Assembly (NCBI RefSeq): GCF_018977255.1
Contig: NW_024704742.1
Coordinates: 88,042,001-88,106,000, forward strand
DNA: 64,000 bases
Direction of reading: 5' to 3'
Origin: Callorhinchus milii
Taxonomy: Eukaryota
Shown here: piece by piece, positions 12,521 through 25,722 of the stretch
Layout of the letters: each line of letters starts with the position of its first letter
Numbering within the stretch: the stretch's first letter is position 1
Program-made: the position numbers and the translations under genes
The notes under the pieces: model-generated
Told to the model about the DNA's origin: nothing
What the model saw: the letters and a program-made list of their open reading frames with translations, nothing else
Database searches by the model: none

Positions 12521-13487
12521 TATGTATTATTTTATCCCATCATATCAAATTATACACTTGTAACAGGTCTAAGACCCAAACGGTTGCTATTGTTGATCAA
12601 ATTTGCCAACACTGTTTCCCTGATTTAATTTGACATCCTCTCCAACCCATAAACTGCTAAGAATCTCAACAGATTGTGCTACAACGTGGACCACATTCCA
12701 CTCTATAAAAATCAAACTTGCAGAATTCAATGTTAGTCAAATTGCACAAGCTCCAGGATATGAATAAGCTTTATGACTTTCTGTATCCAACATCTTCCTA
12801 ACATGTATTACCACCTATGTTGAACATTTAAGCACAATCAATATACAGTAGTATATAAAGTGTCTTATGCCTCTCTTACATTACGAGTTTGCCTCTTGAG
12901 GCAAGCCAGCCTCTGGAGATTGTGTACAATCTCATGCCCAATTTCCCAACAGCAGAGCAAAGATCAGTTTGCATTAAACACCTGTGTAACTCATGTTCTA
13001 CAAAGAGGGAGTGGAAATGCAGTGGGAGATTCAAATCGGATCATTTACACAGCTTGCCTGAACTTCTCAACCACCAAAACCGCTGCACCGTAAGAGCAAA
13101 CAACTTTTTGTATGTTTGCACAGTAGATTTTAATGTAGAGCAGTTACAAATGCAGTATTTATCTAAGTAAAGAAGCAGCTGCTGTACAAAGTGAGCTGTG
13201 GCGCTGTTTATCAAGACTGGAAGTATAGCAGATACTCCGGTAAAACTCTTTGACATAGTAAATAGATTTATTCTAACACATCTAATTATAGTCTAATTAC
13301 AATTTTGACAGTTGATCTTTTTTCTATTCTGACCTTCAGGTCATGTAAACCTCATAGAAAAATCCTTTCGCCAATACAATATTCCATTTCACACAGTGAA
13401 ATGAGTATTAGTAATCTCAATTAAATGTGCTTCCAGCACACTTTCAAATGGTGATTACATCTTTATGACTAAACCTTCATGGTTAGC

Positions 13488-13625
13488 TATCAGCCTGGCT
13501 CAGTTGGTAGCCCTCTTACCCTGAGTCAGAAGGTTGTACATTCAAGCCACACGTCAGGACTTTGAACTCACAGGCTAGGTTAATACTCTAATAATGCAGT
13601 ACTGAGAAGCTTTGCGTTGTTGGAT
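13488..13625 (+). mobile_element. SacSINE-like tRNA head fragment
   Basis: CAGCCTGGCTCAGTTGGTAGCCCTCTTACCCTGAGTCAGAAGGTTG..TTCAAGCC, homologous to 8533 and 50560. Confidence 0.65.
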
Positions 13626-14426
13626 ACAGCCACTGGGACTAGGTACTAAGCGTTTCCACGCATGCATAACCATGCTTCAGTACAAGTAATGTTTTCAGAA
13701 GAGAGGAAAAAACAATAATACACTATAATATTACACTGTACATCTATGCACGCATGTGGGAGATTTTTTGGTCTAATTTGAAAAACATTTCCTACTGAGA
13801 AAAAAAACACTTGTTCAAATAAATGCCTCCCATCCCCATGGAGATCTGAGATTTCAGATGGCAGAGAATAAGTCAACATATGTTAGCCACAGACTCAGTC
13901 AATAAGTGTCTCTATTGTACACACCAGCATTTGGTTGAGACAGAAAAGGATTTATAGCTATTGATCAACATCCAGGAATGAAGAGGAGCATAGTCCCTGT
14001 TTGGTCAAAAGCAGTCACTCAGTGGCTAAGCCTGTGGCTAATTATGTTTGGAGGTATTCTTAAGTATTCCTGAGTTCAAATGTTTGCACAGCAGCGTCTT
14101 GAAGAAGGGATTATTTCTACCAGACAGTAAAACTACTTTAGATGTTAAAAGAAAATTTGGTATGTGGCCCAATAGCTCAAGAGGCTTTGGGTGCTTACTC
14201 TTAATCAGCTGACCATTAATTTATGTTGGAGGCTGACAGCCACCTAAACTCACTATCAACATCAGTTGTGTGAGATTCTTCAGTTCTTGGCTTGTGTACT
14301 GGTTAGAATGCTGCCGGATGCTATGGTATTCCATCTCATGGAAAGTGCAAAACTGAAAAAAATGATCCAAGTCTACTTCAATTGAAAACAGCATGAGCTA
14401 ACTGGGATGGGGAGGTAATGAATATA

Positions 14427-15833
14427 TGAGGAACACCCCAAAAGTAATTCCTCCTATTTATTTTGTGCAGAATGGTAAGTGGTACAGCAATGAAAAACAT
14501 ACACAATGTATTTTATATATCCTATCGCTGCTGTGAAAGATTTGTTTACTTCTCACTAGATGGAGGCACATGACAGCAGTTGAAAATGGCACCTAACATT
14601 AATACACTTGTTCAGCAGAGAGCAGTAATCGAATTTCTCACAGCTGAGAGGATTTTGCCGATTCAGATTCGCCATCCCATGATGAAAATGTATGGACACT
14701 TAGGTGTTGATGTGAGTACTGTAAGCCGCTGAATAAATCGTGTGAAAAGTGAAGAAACTGAACTTCAAGATAGGTCTCACAGCGTGAGTTAAGTGAGAAT
14801 CTCAATATCAGTCATCGTGCCATAGAGATAATTATTGGTAACCTTGGTTACTCTAAAATTTGTGCTCAGTGGATTCATAAGCCAGAAACTCAGAAGTCTA
14901 TATTGAGACCTTGAAGAAGTTGAAAGCCCGTATAAGGAGACGACACTGTCATGGCAGAAGTGCTTCTGCACCACAACAATGCCAGACCTCACACAAGGAT
15001 CAGAACATTAGAAGCCATTGGACAAATCGGATGGACTGTGGAGTCCTGTAGCTCGGTTAGAGCACTCGCTTTGCAAACGAGACCTGAGTTCAATTCCAGG
15101 CAGAGGGCGAAACCTTGGGCAAGTTTCCTAACTCCACACGCCTAATAATAATCCCTCCAAAACCAAAAACAATGATAAATTGGTCATTTTAAATCTACGA
15201 CTGTTTGTGGGACGCTGCTGTGCGCAATTGGCTGCCGTGTTCGCCCACAAATATACAGTCAATTCACTTTACAGTGTGTTCTGTGAAGCGCTTTGGGAGT
15301 CCTCCCGACGTGAAGAGCGCTATATCAAATGCAAGGATCATTATTATTATTATTACTGCATTTCTTCAACCTCCATACAGTGCAGACTTGGCAGCCTCAG
15401 ACTTTCAGCTCTTCGGTCCTCTGAAGGAAGACCTATGTAGACAACACATCGAAAACGATGATGCTGTGATTTCGCCCACAAAATATAACAGTCAATTCAC
15501 TTTAGAGTATACTCTGTAAAGCACTTTGAGAAGTCTCAAAGACAGGATAAGGAGCTATATCAAATACAAGGATTATTATTATTATCATTATTATTAAGAA
15601 TGCTGTTCATCAATGACTCCATAACAAGACACAGACCTTTACCATGACAGCATACTGGCACTGCTTCCACATTGGCGCAAGTGTGTAGATCGTGTTGGCG
15701 ACTTTGTGGAAAAATAACTGCATTGGTATATTTAAGAGAGCTTTTTTGTGACTATGTTAAGTTGTTAAAAAGTTAACAACTTAAAGATATTTGAGAAAAT
15801 AGAAAGGAGGCATTACTTTTGGAGTGTCCCTTG
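14427..15833 (+). mobile_element. Defective mariner DNA transposon with internal deletions and SINE insertions
   Basis: TIRs (TA)TGAGGAACACCCCAAAAGTAATTCCTCC and GGAGGCATTACTTTTGGAGTGTCCCTTG. ATG at 14586 gives MAPNINTLVQQRAVIEFLTAE..GVDVSTVSR*. Later remnants: KICAQWI (WVP motif), LLHHNNARPH and PPYSADLAASDFQLFGPLK (YSPDLAPSD motif). Confidence 0.92.
15040..15355 (+). mobile_element. Full-length short-subfamily SINE inserted in the mariner transposase gene
   Basis: GGAGTCCTGTAGCTC..TTAGAGCA head through (ATT)n tail; separates GWTV from LQPPYS. Confidence 0.95.
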
Positions 15834-16139
15834 TTCATTTGAAAATTGGAACCAAATGCTTGGGCTACTGGCTCCACTCCCTGCTGAGCTGGTCAACCAT
15901 GAGATCACTTAGCATGAGGGTGTCGATGGGCATTGTTTTAAGGTTTTCAAAGGGAAATCACGACACCAGTTTCAATAGCTAATGCTAGCTTAACAGCATT
16001 GATCAAGTATCCATTACACTTCTGCTTAGTGTCAGGTGGTGGAGTCTGAGTGGGGAGAGTTCTGTAAAGAGGGGAGCATGGGAGGGGAGACAAGGGGGGA
16101 AGAGGAGATTGGAGAGTAGTTCGAGAGACTCAAGACCTC

Positions 16140-16667
16140 TTGGCTAAGATCAAGTGTAGTCTCTGCTCTTATCAGTTACATCTTGAGCTAGCAAATTCCA
16201 GGAAAGTTCTTGTGTTGAAGTTTGTTTGTGAGCGGTTGGCCCAACGAATCTCACCGATAATGTCAAGGATTATGGGAAGGATTGAGCTCCTAGCAACGGC
16301 TATGTGTTCAACCTGCTTTTGGCTGGGATCGGTATTGCAGTACATCCAATCTGAGGATTTTGATCTGTCCTCACAAAGAGGAAGTGGAGATACTGGAATA
16401 CAGAGCTCCTTGATTACTTGGTCACTAGGCTCAGGTCAGGCTTACCCTGCCAAAGAGATGATCCAGTTACCTGACTTACTCAAGTGGTTGTGAAAACATG
16501 GTTCAGGTCTGCATCGTCCTTTGACAATTTGGGGTTTAGAAAAGTTTTGTGGGTGGGATTCGGGCTTGTCTAAATGGACAACCCTCTTTCCCTATGTGGA
16601 ATGTTTCGGTCTAATTCAGTTAATGAGCATGAGTACAGCTAACCTCACTCACCAACAAAAAAAAAAT
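16140..16667 (+). mobile_element. 3' end of an unclassified poly(A)-tailed retroposon (second copy 25724-25868); 5' boundary uncertain
   Basis: 16516-16667 aligns with 25724-25868 and both end CTAACCTCA(C/T)TCACCAACAAAA. Confidence 0.55.
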
Positions 16668-16766
16668 GACCTTTTGAAGTGTTTCAGTGAGCAAAGAGCT
16701 GATGTAAAATCTCTACCAGTAATAACCATTCTCGTTCTTTCTAGCACTTGTATCTAAGACGTACTG

Positions 16767-17085
16767 TAATAATAATAATCTTTGCATTTGATATAGCGCT
16801 TTTCACGTCGGGAGGACGTCCCAAAGCGCTTCACAGAATACACTGTAAAGTGAATTGACTGTATATTTGTGAGCGAACGCGGCAGCCAATTGCGCACAGC
16901 AATGTCCCACAAACAGTCGTAGATTGAAAAATGACCAATTTATTATTGTTTTTTGTTTTGGAGGGATTATTATTAGGCTCTGTGTGGAGTAAGGAAACCT
17001 GCCCAAGGTTTCGCCCTGCCGGGAATTGAACTCAGGTCTCTCGCTTGCAAAGCGAGTGCTCTCAACCACTGAGCTACAGGACTCC
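16767..17085 (-). mobile_element. Full-length short-subfamily SINE
   Basis: Reverse complement of the SINE consensus; ACTGTAA on both flanks (putative TSD). Confidence 0.95.
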
Positions 17086-17309
17086 ACTGTAAGTAAGTCT
17101 AAGTACTGTAAGTCTACTTTCTCTGTGAATATCTGTAGACTCAATGGAAAACCACTGACTGATTATGTCTTTATAATTACAACCTCTAAATTAGTCTAGA
17201 ACTATGACTTCTTTTTGAGAAAGTACTCAATCCTGTAGCATTAATATCGTCCGCGCAGGTGCCCAAACTGAGCAAGCCAGTCAGTTAGAACTTGTTCACA
17301 CTGAGGGGC

Positions 17310-17580
17310 AAACAGCCATGGAAGTGAGTGACCAGTTTTATTTGAGGGATTGTTGGCTAGAGCACCAGGAGTAACTCCCTTCTGTTTTTGTATAGTGCCA
17401 TGGGATGTTTCACGTCCACCTGGACAACAGACAATTAATGTTGGTTTGTCGGCTCATCCAAAGGATGGTACTTTCAACAGCATAACCTTCAACACTGCAT
17501 TGCAGTGTCAACATAGACAATATGCATTCCAAGTCTGAGGCAACATTGCTGCCAATTGAGTAAGGCTGACATATAAATAG
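17310..17580 (-). mobile_element. Old SacSINE-like DeuSINE
   Basis: GTGCCATGGGATGTTTCACGTCCACCTGGAC..CTCATCCAAAGGATGG..CAATTGAGTAAGGCTGAC, the reverse of the 50560 copy. Confidence 0.65.
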
Positions 17581-17954
17581 CACCTTTCATGTTGTGATTA
17601 TAGGGAAAAGGTGGGGAGAGAACGGGTTATAAAGAAATGTGATGTGGACTGTTCAGACCTTCAAAAATCCTCATCCTGCACATTGAGAAAATAAAATTGA
17701 CCAAGGAAAATAGCAAAGCAACAATTTTTTTCAGGACACAAATAATAATAATAAATGCAGTTATTGTTGTAGTGTCATGGAATCTTTAACAGCCACCTGA
17801 ACAGAGAAAAAGGACCTAAATAACATTCCATCCAAAGGGACAATATCTCTGACAATGGCGCTAACTCCCCCAGCACTAGTGGTCAGCAATATCCCAGTAA
17901 CCACTGAAAACACTCAAAAAAGCAGTTAACGCTAATCAAAGGGCTTTCTGCACT

Positions 17955-18267
17955 GAGTCCTGTAGCTCAGTGGTTAGAGCACTCACCTGGCAAGCGAGAC
18001 ACCTAGGTTCAATTCCAGGCAGGGCGAAACCTTGGGCAAGTTTCCTTACTCCACACGCCTAATAATAATCCCTCCAAAACAAAGACAATAATAAATTGGT
18101 CATTTTCAATCCACGACGGTTTGTGGGACACTGCTGTGCGCAATTGGCTGTCATGTTTCACTCACAAATATACGGTCAATTCACTTTACAGTTTATTCTG
18201 TGAAGCGCTTTGAAGATGTGAAAAGATGTGAAAAGCGCTATATCAAATGCAAGGATTATTATTATTA
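17955..18267 (+). mobile_element. Full-length short-subfamily SINE
   Basis: GAGTCCTGTAGCTCAGTGGTTAGAGC (A box), GGTTCAATTCC (B box), ACCTTGGGCAAGTTTCCTT, Deu box, tail. Confidence 0.95.
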
Positions 18268-19814
18268 TACCCGGGTTGGTTTGGTGACTACAGCAGCAAC
18301 CCAGAATTGCTAAACAGCAGCCGTTAATAACCTGTTATAACACGGTCTAATTTTATGGACCCATCCACCATGTTATAGCAGGGTCTGAATGAATATACAA
18401 AATATCCCCAAATGTATACAGCTAAACAAAATCATCACCAGCAAGACTTATGCAACAATCTGTAGTTATATTGATACATATATCTCAAGGAATATCATAG
18501 TTCCCTTGATTTCTTGAAGTCTTTGAATTTCTTGGATGGTCCTTAAATTCCTTATTTTTTCAACAAATAATATTTCCAACAACAAAATATGATTTAGGCA
18601 TGTTCATCATGCTTAACTGGCACACACTCTCTGGCTGTTAAACATCACCCTCGCAGTGCTTAAATTATACACTCGAAAACCATTTGGAGTAGAATATCAA
18701 GGTCCAGGCTCTGTGTGCACTGACATTCAGCAGCTGAGAGAACACTGCATTTCAATGTTATTAAACCAAAATTACAAGATTTTTAAAGCTATAGTTGTAT
18801 TTGCAAATTTAAATTAGTGTAACAAGTACATTTCTCACAACCCCACTCAAAGGAAAAAAAATACTTGTGTCCTCAGATCTTTCCGGTGAGCTGAGCCCAT
18901 TTGTAAAGATGACAGAACTGTCACTTAGGAAAGAGATACTGTCAAATTTTATTTGTTTACCTAGAATTTTACTGAAATTGTGCAAATGCTGTATTCGGAT
19001 AAGTACAGTATTGCACATTCAGTGTTAACATTGTATTCGTCCAAAGAAAGTGACCGCTTAGAGAGCAGGGGAGCAACAACAACAACTTGCAATTATATAG
19101 CCCCCTTCACACAGGGCAGTGTCTCAAAGTGCTTAATTTCCAGCACTGTTCCCCCAGCCTGATTGGCTGCCCAGTACAGCTCGCAGCCCAGATTCCTGGC
19201 ATACAAAATAATAATAATCCTTATATTTAATATAGCGCCTTAGATTTTGAGGGCGAAATACAGCAGCCAGTTTGCGCACAGCAATGTCCCACAAACAGCC
19301 ATGGAGTGAGTGTCCAATTTTAATTTAAAGTACAATTTAAGGAGATTTTCCTTCATTTGGTGACTTTGCATAGCTGAGGGGCAAAACAGTAAGTCCCACT
19401 CGGGTGGCAGCTGTAACTACCTGCAATGGGGTGATCTGACTAAGGGTTTACATGAGAGTACAAGGATCAGGATGCAGCTGCTCACTAGTTTAATGTGATT
19501 GTGCTCTGATGTTATATATGGAGAGCTGGAGAGCAACTGCTCGGTTTCTCAGCTCAGAGCTTCTCTGGTACTGATGTGCCTCTTGATGCTAGCATCACAT
19601 AGAGAGGAATCCTGCAATCGAGGATCCCAGCAGGGGCTTAATTAAGCCACGTCTCTAGAATTTTCCACCATTAATGACAGTGCTGTTAAGGTTATCAATT
19701 ATTTTCTAATGAATATAACCCTGCAGCATGAATCATCTCATGCCTGTTCATGGGACACTGCCATACTTACATTGGCTGCCACATAAGCCTATTAATACAC
19801 AGTCACATCAACGA

Positions 19815-21062
19815 CGACAACAACAACTTGGATTTATACAGCGCCGGACGGCGTCTCAGAGCGCTTCACAGTAACGGATTCCGGGACCGAGCCAGGGGGA
19901 GGGGGAGGAAGGTGACCAAAGGCGCGGTCGAAAGGAAAGGTCTTCAGCAGGGACCTGAAAATAGGAAGAGAGGGAGCGAGGCGAAGGGAGTGAGGAAGGG
20001 AATTCCAGAGCCTCGGGGCATAGTGACTGAAGGCACATCCGCCGAGGGTGGAGCGGAGGACTCGGGGGAAGAGGAGGAGGCCAGACCCGGAGTAACGAAG
20101 GCAACAGGTACTGTTTTGAGGAGAGAGGAGGTCAGAGAGATGGGGGGGTGCAGAGGAGAGGAGGGATTTGAATACAAGGGTGAGGATCTTGAAGTCGATC
20201 CTGTCTGGGATAGGCAGCCAGTGCAGTCTGGCAAAGACTGAGGTGATCGGGGAGTGTAGTTTGGTGCGGGTGAGAATGCAGGCGGCAGAGTTTTGAATGA
20301 TTTGGATTTTATGAATGGTAGTGGATGGGAGTCCAGCGAGGAGGGCGTTAGAATAGTCCAGCCGAGAGGTGACAAAGGCATGGACTAGGGTTTCAGCGGC
20401 TTTTGGAGAGAGGTATTGCAGGAGACGGGTGATGCGTCGGAGGTGGAAGAAGGCAGTGCTGGTGAGGGACCGGATGTGGGGAGAAAAGATAATTGGGGGT
20501 CGAACCTGATGCCGAGGTTGCTTACGGGTTCGGAGAGTTTTAGGGGGAGGTCAAGTAGGTGGAGGAGTTGAGAGCCGTGAGATTTTAGACGTTGACGAGA
20601 GCCAAAGAGTATGGCTTCCATCTTGTCAACGTTCAGCTGAAGGAAATTTGTGCTCATCCAGCCCCTGAGATCTGACAGGCAGGCTGACAGAACATCAGGG
20701 GACTGGGGGTCGCAAAGAGAGATGGAAAAATAGAGTTGGGTGTCATCCGCATACATGTGGAAATGTACCCCATGTCCGCGGATGACATCCCCAAGAGGGA
20801 GCATAAAGATCAGAAAGAAAAGGGGCCAAGGATGGATCCTTGGGGTACCCCACAGGTGACCGGGTGAGAGCGGGAGGAGAAGCCGTTTGTGCAGATGTAC
20901 TGCTGGTGGTTTGTGAGGTAGGACTCGAACCAGGCGAGTGCGGTCCCACTGAGGTGGATGACGGAGGAAAAGCGGTGGAGGAGGATGGCGTGATCGACTG
21001 TGTCGAACGTGGCAGAGAAGTCCAGGAGGACAAGGAGGCAGAGGGAGCCCTGGTCATAGACA
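19815..21062 (-). mobile_element. 5'-truncated L2 LINE (RT and 3' end)
   Basis: Minus ORFs contain LLDFSATFDTVDH, GVPQGSILGP and [11 protein letters not shown]; (CAA)n tail at ~19815. Confidence 0.93.
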
Positions 21063-24000
21063 ATCACTACAGTTGACAGCAAGTACCTGAAAACTGCTTT
21101 GATGTGCTTTGACACTTCATGTGCCATGTCAAATATAAGGATTATTATTAGTCTTAGCCTGTTAAATTTTAAGACAAAATAGTCTAAGATCATACAGAAT
21201 GGTGAAAAATATATATTCCGTCTTCGTTTTATGTAGATTGTTTTTTAACTGCACAAAACCAACTTTTATTAAGCCGAATTTAAAAACATTCCACAATTCT
21301 GTGTAATGTCAAATTTTAAGACAAAGTTTTTCCAGAGTAAGACATTTCTAGTCTCTGATTCTGACTTGTAGGGTAGATTGCTCGCAAGATTGACACAACT
21401 GGATGATAGGCACTGCAGGTACTCACAGCTAGCTGTCAGTGACTGTGACATTCGGGTTGGAACCCAATGACATTTTACTCAATACTACTTTTACATTGTT
21501 CTATAAAAAAAGAACAATTTCAAATGTGACGGCAACAGCAAACAGTATAGAGAAAAAATACCTTCAATATAACAGATGACAGAAAGAGAGTATCTCTGTT
21601 ACGCTTCCTGCGCTCACAGGCACTTTTTTTTAATCGTAAGAACAATTTAAACTGTTCTCACAAGTTTGGCACAGTCCAGCCACTTCCCACTCTCACAGGT
21701 AAAGTTTTTTTTTCTTTGTATATTATTATGCAATGATTTATTTTCGTGTACACTAACAATTTTGTGATTTCCGCAGCAATTGCTACTCACAAAATATTCA
21801 TGTACATGATGAAAATAATCCTTGCATTTGATATAGCGCCTTATCATGTCGAGACGTCTCTCACAGGATATACTGTAAAATGAATCGACTGTCTATTTTG
21901 TGGGCAAAACAACATTAGAATACCCTGGGTGGGGTGGGGGAAGAACATCTTTCCACAGAGGAGCAGGAGAGTTGTATGTGTATCATCCAGGTGCTAAGAA
22001 CATCAAAAATATCTCAATTAGGCTTCAACAGATTCACAAAAAGCTAAGTTCAATGGTGCAAACAGAAAGAATAAATTCAGGAATGATCTTCTATTCAATG
22101 GGAAATATTCCTCTGAGTCAAGCGCACCAAAATACTGCCCTGCATGAAGGGCGCTATATAAATGCAAGTTGTTGTTGAAAATAAATGACAAAGATGCATC
22201 AATATAAAAAACACCTCTTCCCCATGAGATCAATCAGTTGAAGATGCATCACGACCAGCACTGAGACATGATGAATATCATCACAAACAAGACTGAAAGG
22301 ACAATTCTAAATCAGCTGCGAGTTTGCTGTCAAAGCCTTTATGAGTGCAGATATTTAACATAAATAATGCTGACAGCAGCTATTCTATTTATGCTGGAAA
22401 GTAGTAAAATAAAGATTTAAAGAACCATATTTTCTTCTGACAACACCTGAGGAGATCCCCATTTAATCAAAAGTTCAGTTTAAATAAGGAAAATGGACAT
22501 TTATCTATCAAACTCTAATCAATAGGAATATAACTGATGAACCTGGTCATTTAGGGCCTCAGACTGGCTCAGTTTGAAGTTGGCTCAGAGTCAGAATGTT
22601 GTAAAATTGAGCCCCATATTGGGACTTTGAACTCAGTCTAGGCCGGTGTTTCTCAAATGCAGCCACTAAATCTATGTGACCTCACAAACTGGGTTATATT
22701 TGAATAAAGGAAAATGACTGAACAAATCAGGATTCTGAGGTAAAGTTTGTGGTGTTTGGAAATTAACACCAGGGTAAATTAACGCCAGCATTTATTATTG
22801 TCACATTTTGTGATGTTTAGAGTAATAGTAAACATTGCAAGATACAAACCAGTCACCACTTGTCACTGCAGGGAGTCTCTCCCCCATGGCCACACCTCTC
22901 CCCTCTTTGCTGGCCCCCAATCCCAGCTTTCTGACTGCAATTTTCTTTGATATGGTAGACTTTTGCTATTAAATTGTAGCCTCTAACATTTTTTGTTGAG
23001 TAATTGTTTTCTGGGCAGGATCTAGGCTAGGCCTGGGGAAAACAACTTCTGGGTTGGAGAGAGCTTAGGCTCTGTCCAGATTTGGAGGATGCAGCCCAGA
23101 ACACAAGTACTGTAATAAACAAAAAAGTTTGAACACACTCCAGTGGCTACAATTTAAAAGCAAAAATCTACAACATCAAAACATAATGGTTGTGAGAACC
23201 ATTGTTTGAGGTGGTGGTGGTGGGGGGGGGAGCGGTACTGTCACCTAGTGGCTAATTAGTCATTCACACTGTGTTTAGTTGAATAATGAAGATCAAAGTG
23301 TGGTGATCATTACCCCGGGCGTTCATCTTTACATAACGCCCATTTTACGACTCTTCCTAATATTACAGCATTGTGTGAGAAATGATCCAAGCAATCGGTG
23401 TAAAATCTGAGCATTCACAGGGTCAGACTTTCTTGACGTGTATCTACAAGATTTTCTCTAAAGACTTAAGAGAAGACAAGATTGTTAATTTTACCGATTA
23501 GGCTTGATTCTATCAAGGTCAACTATAAACCCGCAATATTCCAAAAGGAGGAAACAATCAGGTGGGTGAAGGAGCAACGTACTGAAGGTTTCAAGTCCAC
23601 CCATTTAGTTGGATTTGTAAAAAAAAGAATGAAAGGAGCAGACAATAGAGATAAAATGAAACCTGTTTAGTTCAAGAATCAAAGATGGTGCCGTTATAAG
23701 GCAGTTGTTGAAGAACATAATACTCCAACCTGCCTTATAATAAAGTGATTGCCAGTCAGCCCTCGCCGTGTCACTAATCACATAAATGGTGTGAAACATC
23801 CTCTAGATTTGTAATCTGGAACAGCGATACAAGAACTGGACGCTGACCGCATAAACCCAGTGAAAGTCTTCAGAGAACTTGAGAAAGCTCTGAGAGTATA
23901 CATCCCAAGGCCACAGGAAGGATTATTGGTTTGTAATTAATAATTAAGTGAGTTAATTTGCTCTAAGGATTATGGACAGGCAAATTGTAGAACACCATAC

Positions 24001-24509
24001 AATGCACAATGTAGCATTATATTATTGAACTATATATTGATATGATTATGGCAATTCTGTAACCTTCAGTGAGAATCAGAAGCATCGTTGACTTTATATT
24101 GATCATGATCAGATTTTTTGTGGTTTAACAACTGATTTTTGATCAGAAAAAGAATTATTTACTTTGATGAATTGTTTCTTCAGATGAAAGCCAAGTTACC
24201 TTCTGAGAAATATGTCTGTCTTTTCACTTTGACTTATTCTCCATTTTCTGTACTTCTCAGCCACAAAATGTATTTATTTTCACACCACATTACATTCAAT
24301 ACCATGGATCTCAATTCTGCTTGCTGAGGTGCTATTATCTGATTATCCTCAATAAATATCTGATGGTCTGTTAATTAATTATTGACAGTGAACATTCTGT
24401 GCTCAGAATTTGCAATATTTCAGATGAGTTGTAAATCAATATATTTAACACCACATTGCGTCTAATATACATTAATATCTAAAAACCCCAAATACAACCA
24501 CCACAATTT

Positions 24510-24777
24510 CAGTACAGACTCATTATAACACAATTCCTTATATAAAAATTGGATGTAATGTGGTAGCCCAGCTGTGGTTACTTGGCATATAGTAGACCTG
24601 TAGTCTCTTTCCATTGGTTTGGCTTTCTGCTCAAGAGTTGCAGACACAGTAGTACTCAGCAGCATCAGTAGCAACCTCAGAATTGATCCAGTGTCGTCCC
24701 AATATAACACACCCAGTTTATAAAGGGGCTTTATTTTAAAGACCCCAATTACTGTATTATAGCAGGCCTGCAGTGTA
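24510..24777. mobile_element. pogo/Tigger-type MITE
   Basis: Imperfect TIRs CAGTACAGACTCATTATAACAC and GTATTATAGCAGGCCTGCAGTG(TA). Confidence 0.55.
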
Positions 24778-25249
24778 TTAAGCTAACTACTTCAACAGCC
24801 AAGTCATTTCATCTGTTTATATTTGATCATGTCTCCCACACATTGGGGCTCAGTAGCTCTTTTGAACCAATTCCTATAATAGTCTTTGGTGGTCATGGTA
24901 TGTACAAAAATAGTTTCCCTCCTCTCAATAAAAAAAATTATGCAAAGACATGAGAAATGCATAGATTAGGGTTTCAATGGCTCAAGGGGAAGGTAGTGGA
25001 GGATAATATCTCAGAGGTGGGGGGAAGCTAAGCAGGTCAGAGCACAGATGTGGGATTTAAAAGACACTTGGGAGTTGAACAAGACAGAATTTGATAGTGA
25101 AATTCTTCAGTGCTTTACTTTTAATGTTTGTTCCAGCTAGTTCCTATCTTCAGTCAGTTTTAAAGGCTAACTACTGATGGATTTAGCATTATTCCAACTC
25201 TAGGAGGACGTCTACCTGTTCCTTGCCTCTAAATACCTATTGTTAGATA

Positions 25250-25722
25250 CAGTAAACTCCAGATAACTCGACTCTTTCTCAACTTGACACTACCACTTAA
25301 GTCGTCATGCAGTCAATATCTCAGCCGCTTCCACGCAAAATATTAATAAAGTACTTACAATATAAAATTGATCATCCGATAAGACAGTGCCTTGCATCAC
25401 AGCGATCTCCCGCCTTTTCCTGTGACTGGTGCAAGTGCTCGGCAGAGGTTGGGCACACATGCTCAGATGCATCACAGAGGCCACTGGTCTATTGAAGGGC
25501 CACACCCTGACCTCCTGGCCTATCCTGTGACTGGTGTGGGTGCTCGGCAGAAGTTGGGCACACATGGTCACATGCAGTGTCAGCGAGTGGTTGCTGGCTG
25601 AGCAAGTGAGACAGTGTGGTGCCAAGTGGCCTGGAAGCATAAGATGAGGACCTACAGCTAACTCGTCAAATTGGATAATTCGTCACTGGGTCCTTTTCCC
25701 TTGGAGTGATAAGTTATCCACA
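25250..25722. mobile_element. pogo/Tigger-type non-autonomous element with internal ~55-bp direct duplication
   Basis: Left end TACAGTAAACTCCAGATAACTCGAC, subterminal TAACTCG/GATAA repeats near 25660-25720, and 25418-25472 similar to 25523-25577. Confidence 0.5.

Noticed and set aside
21427..21500. 74-bp segment with good minus-strand splice sites
   Set aside because: Stops in all frames and no other support; pseudo-exons are common in long introns
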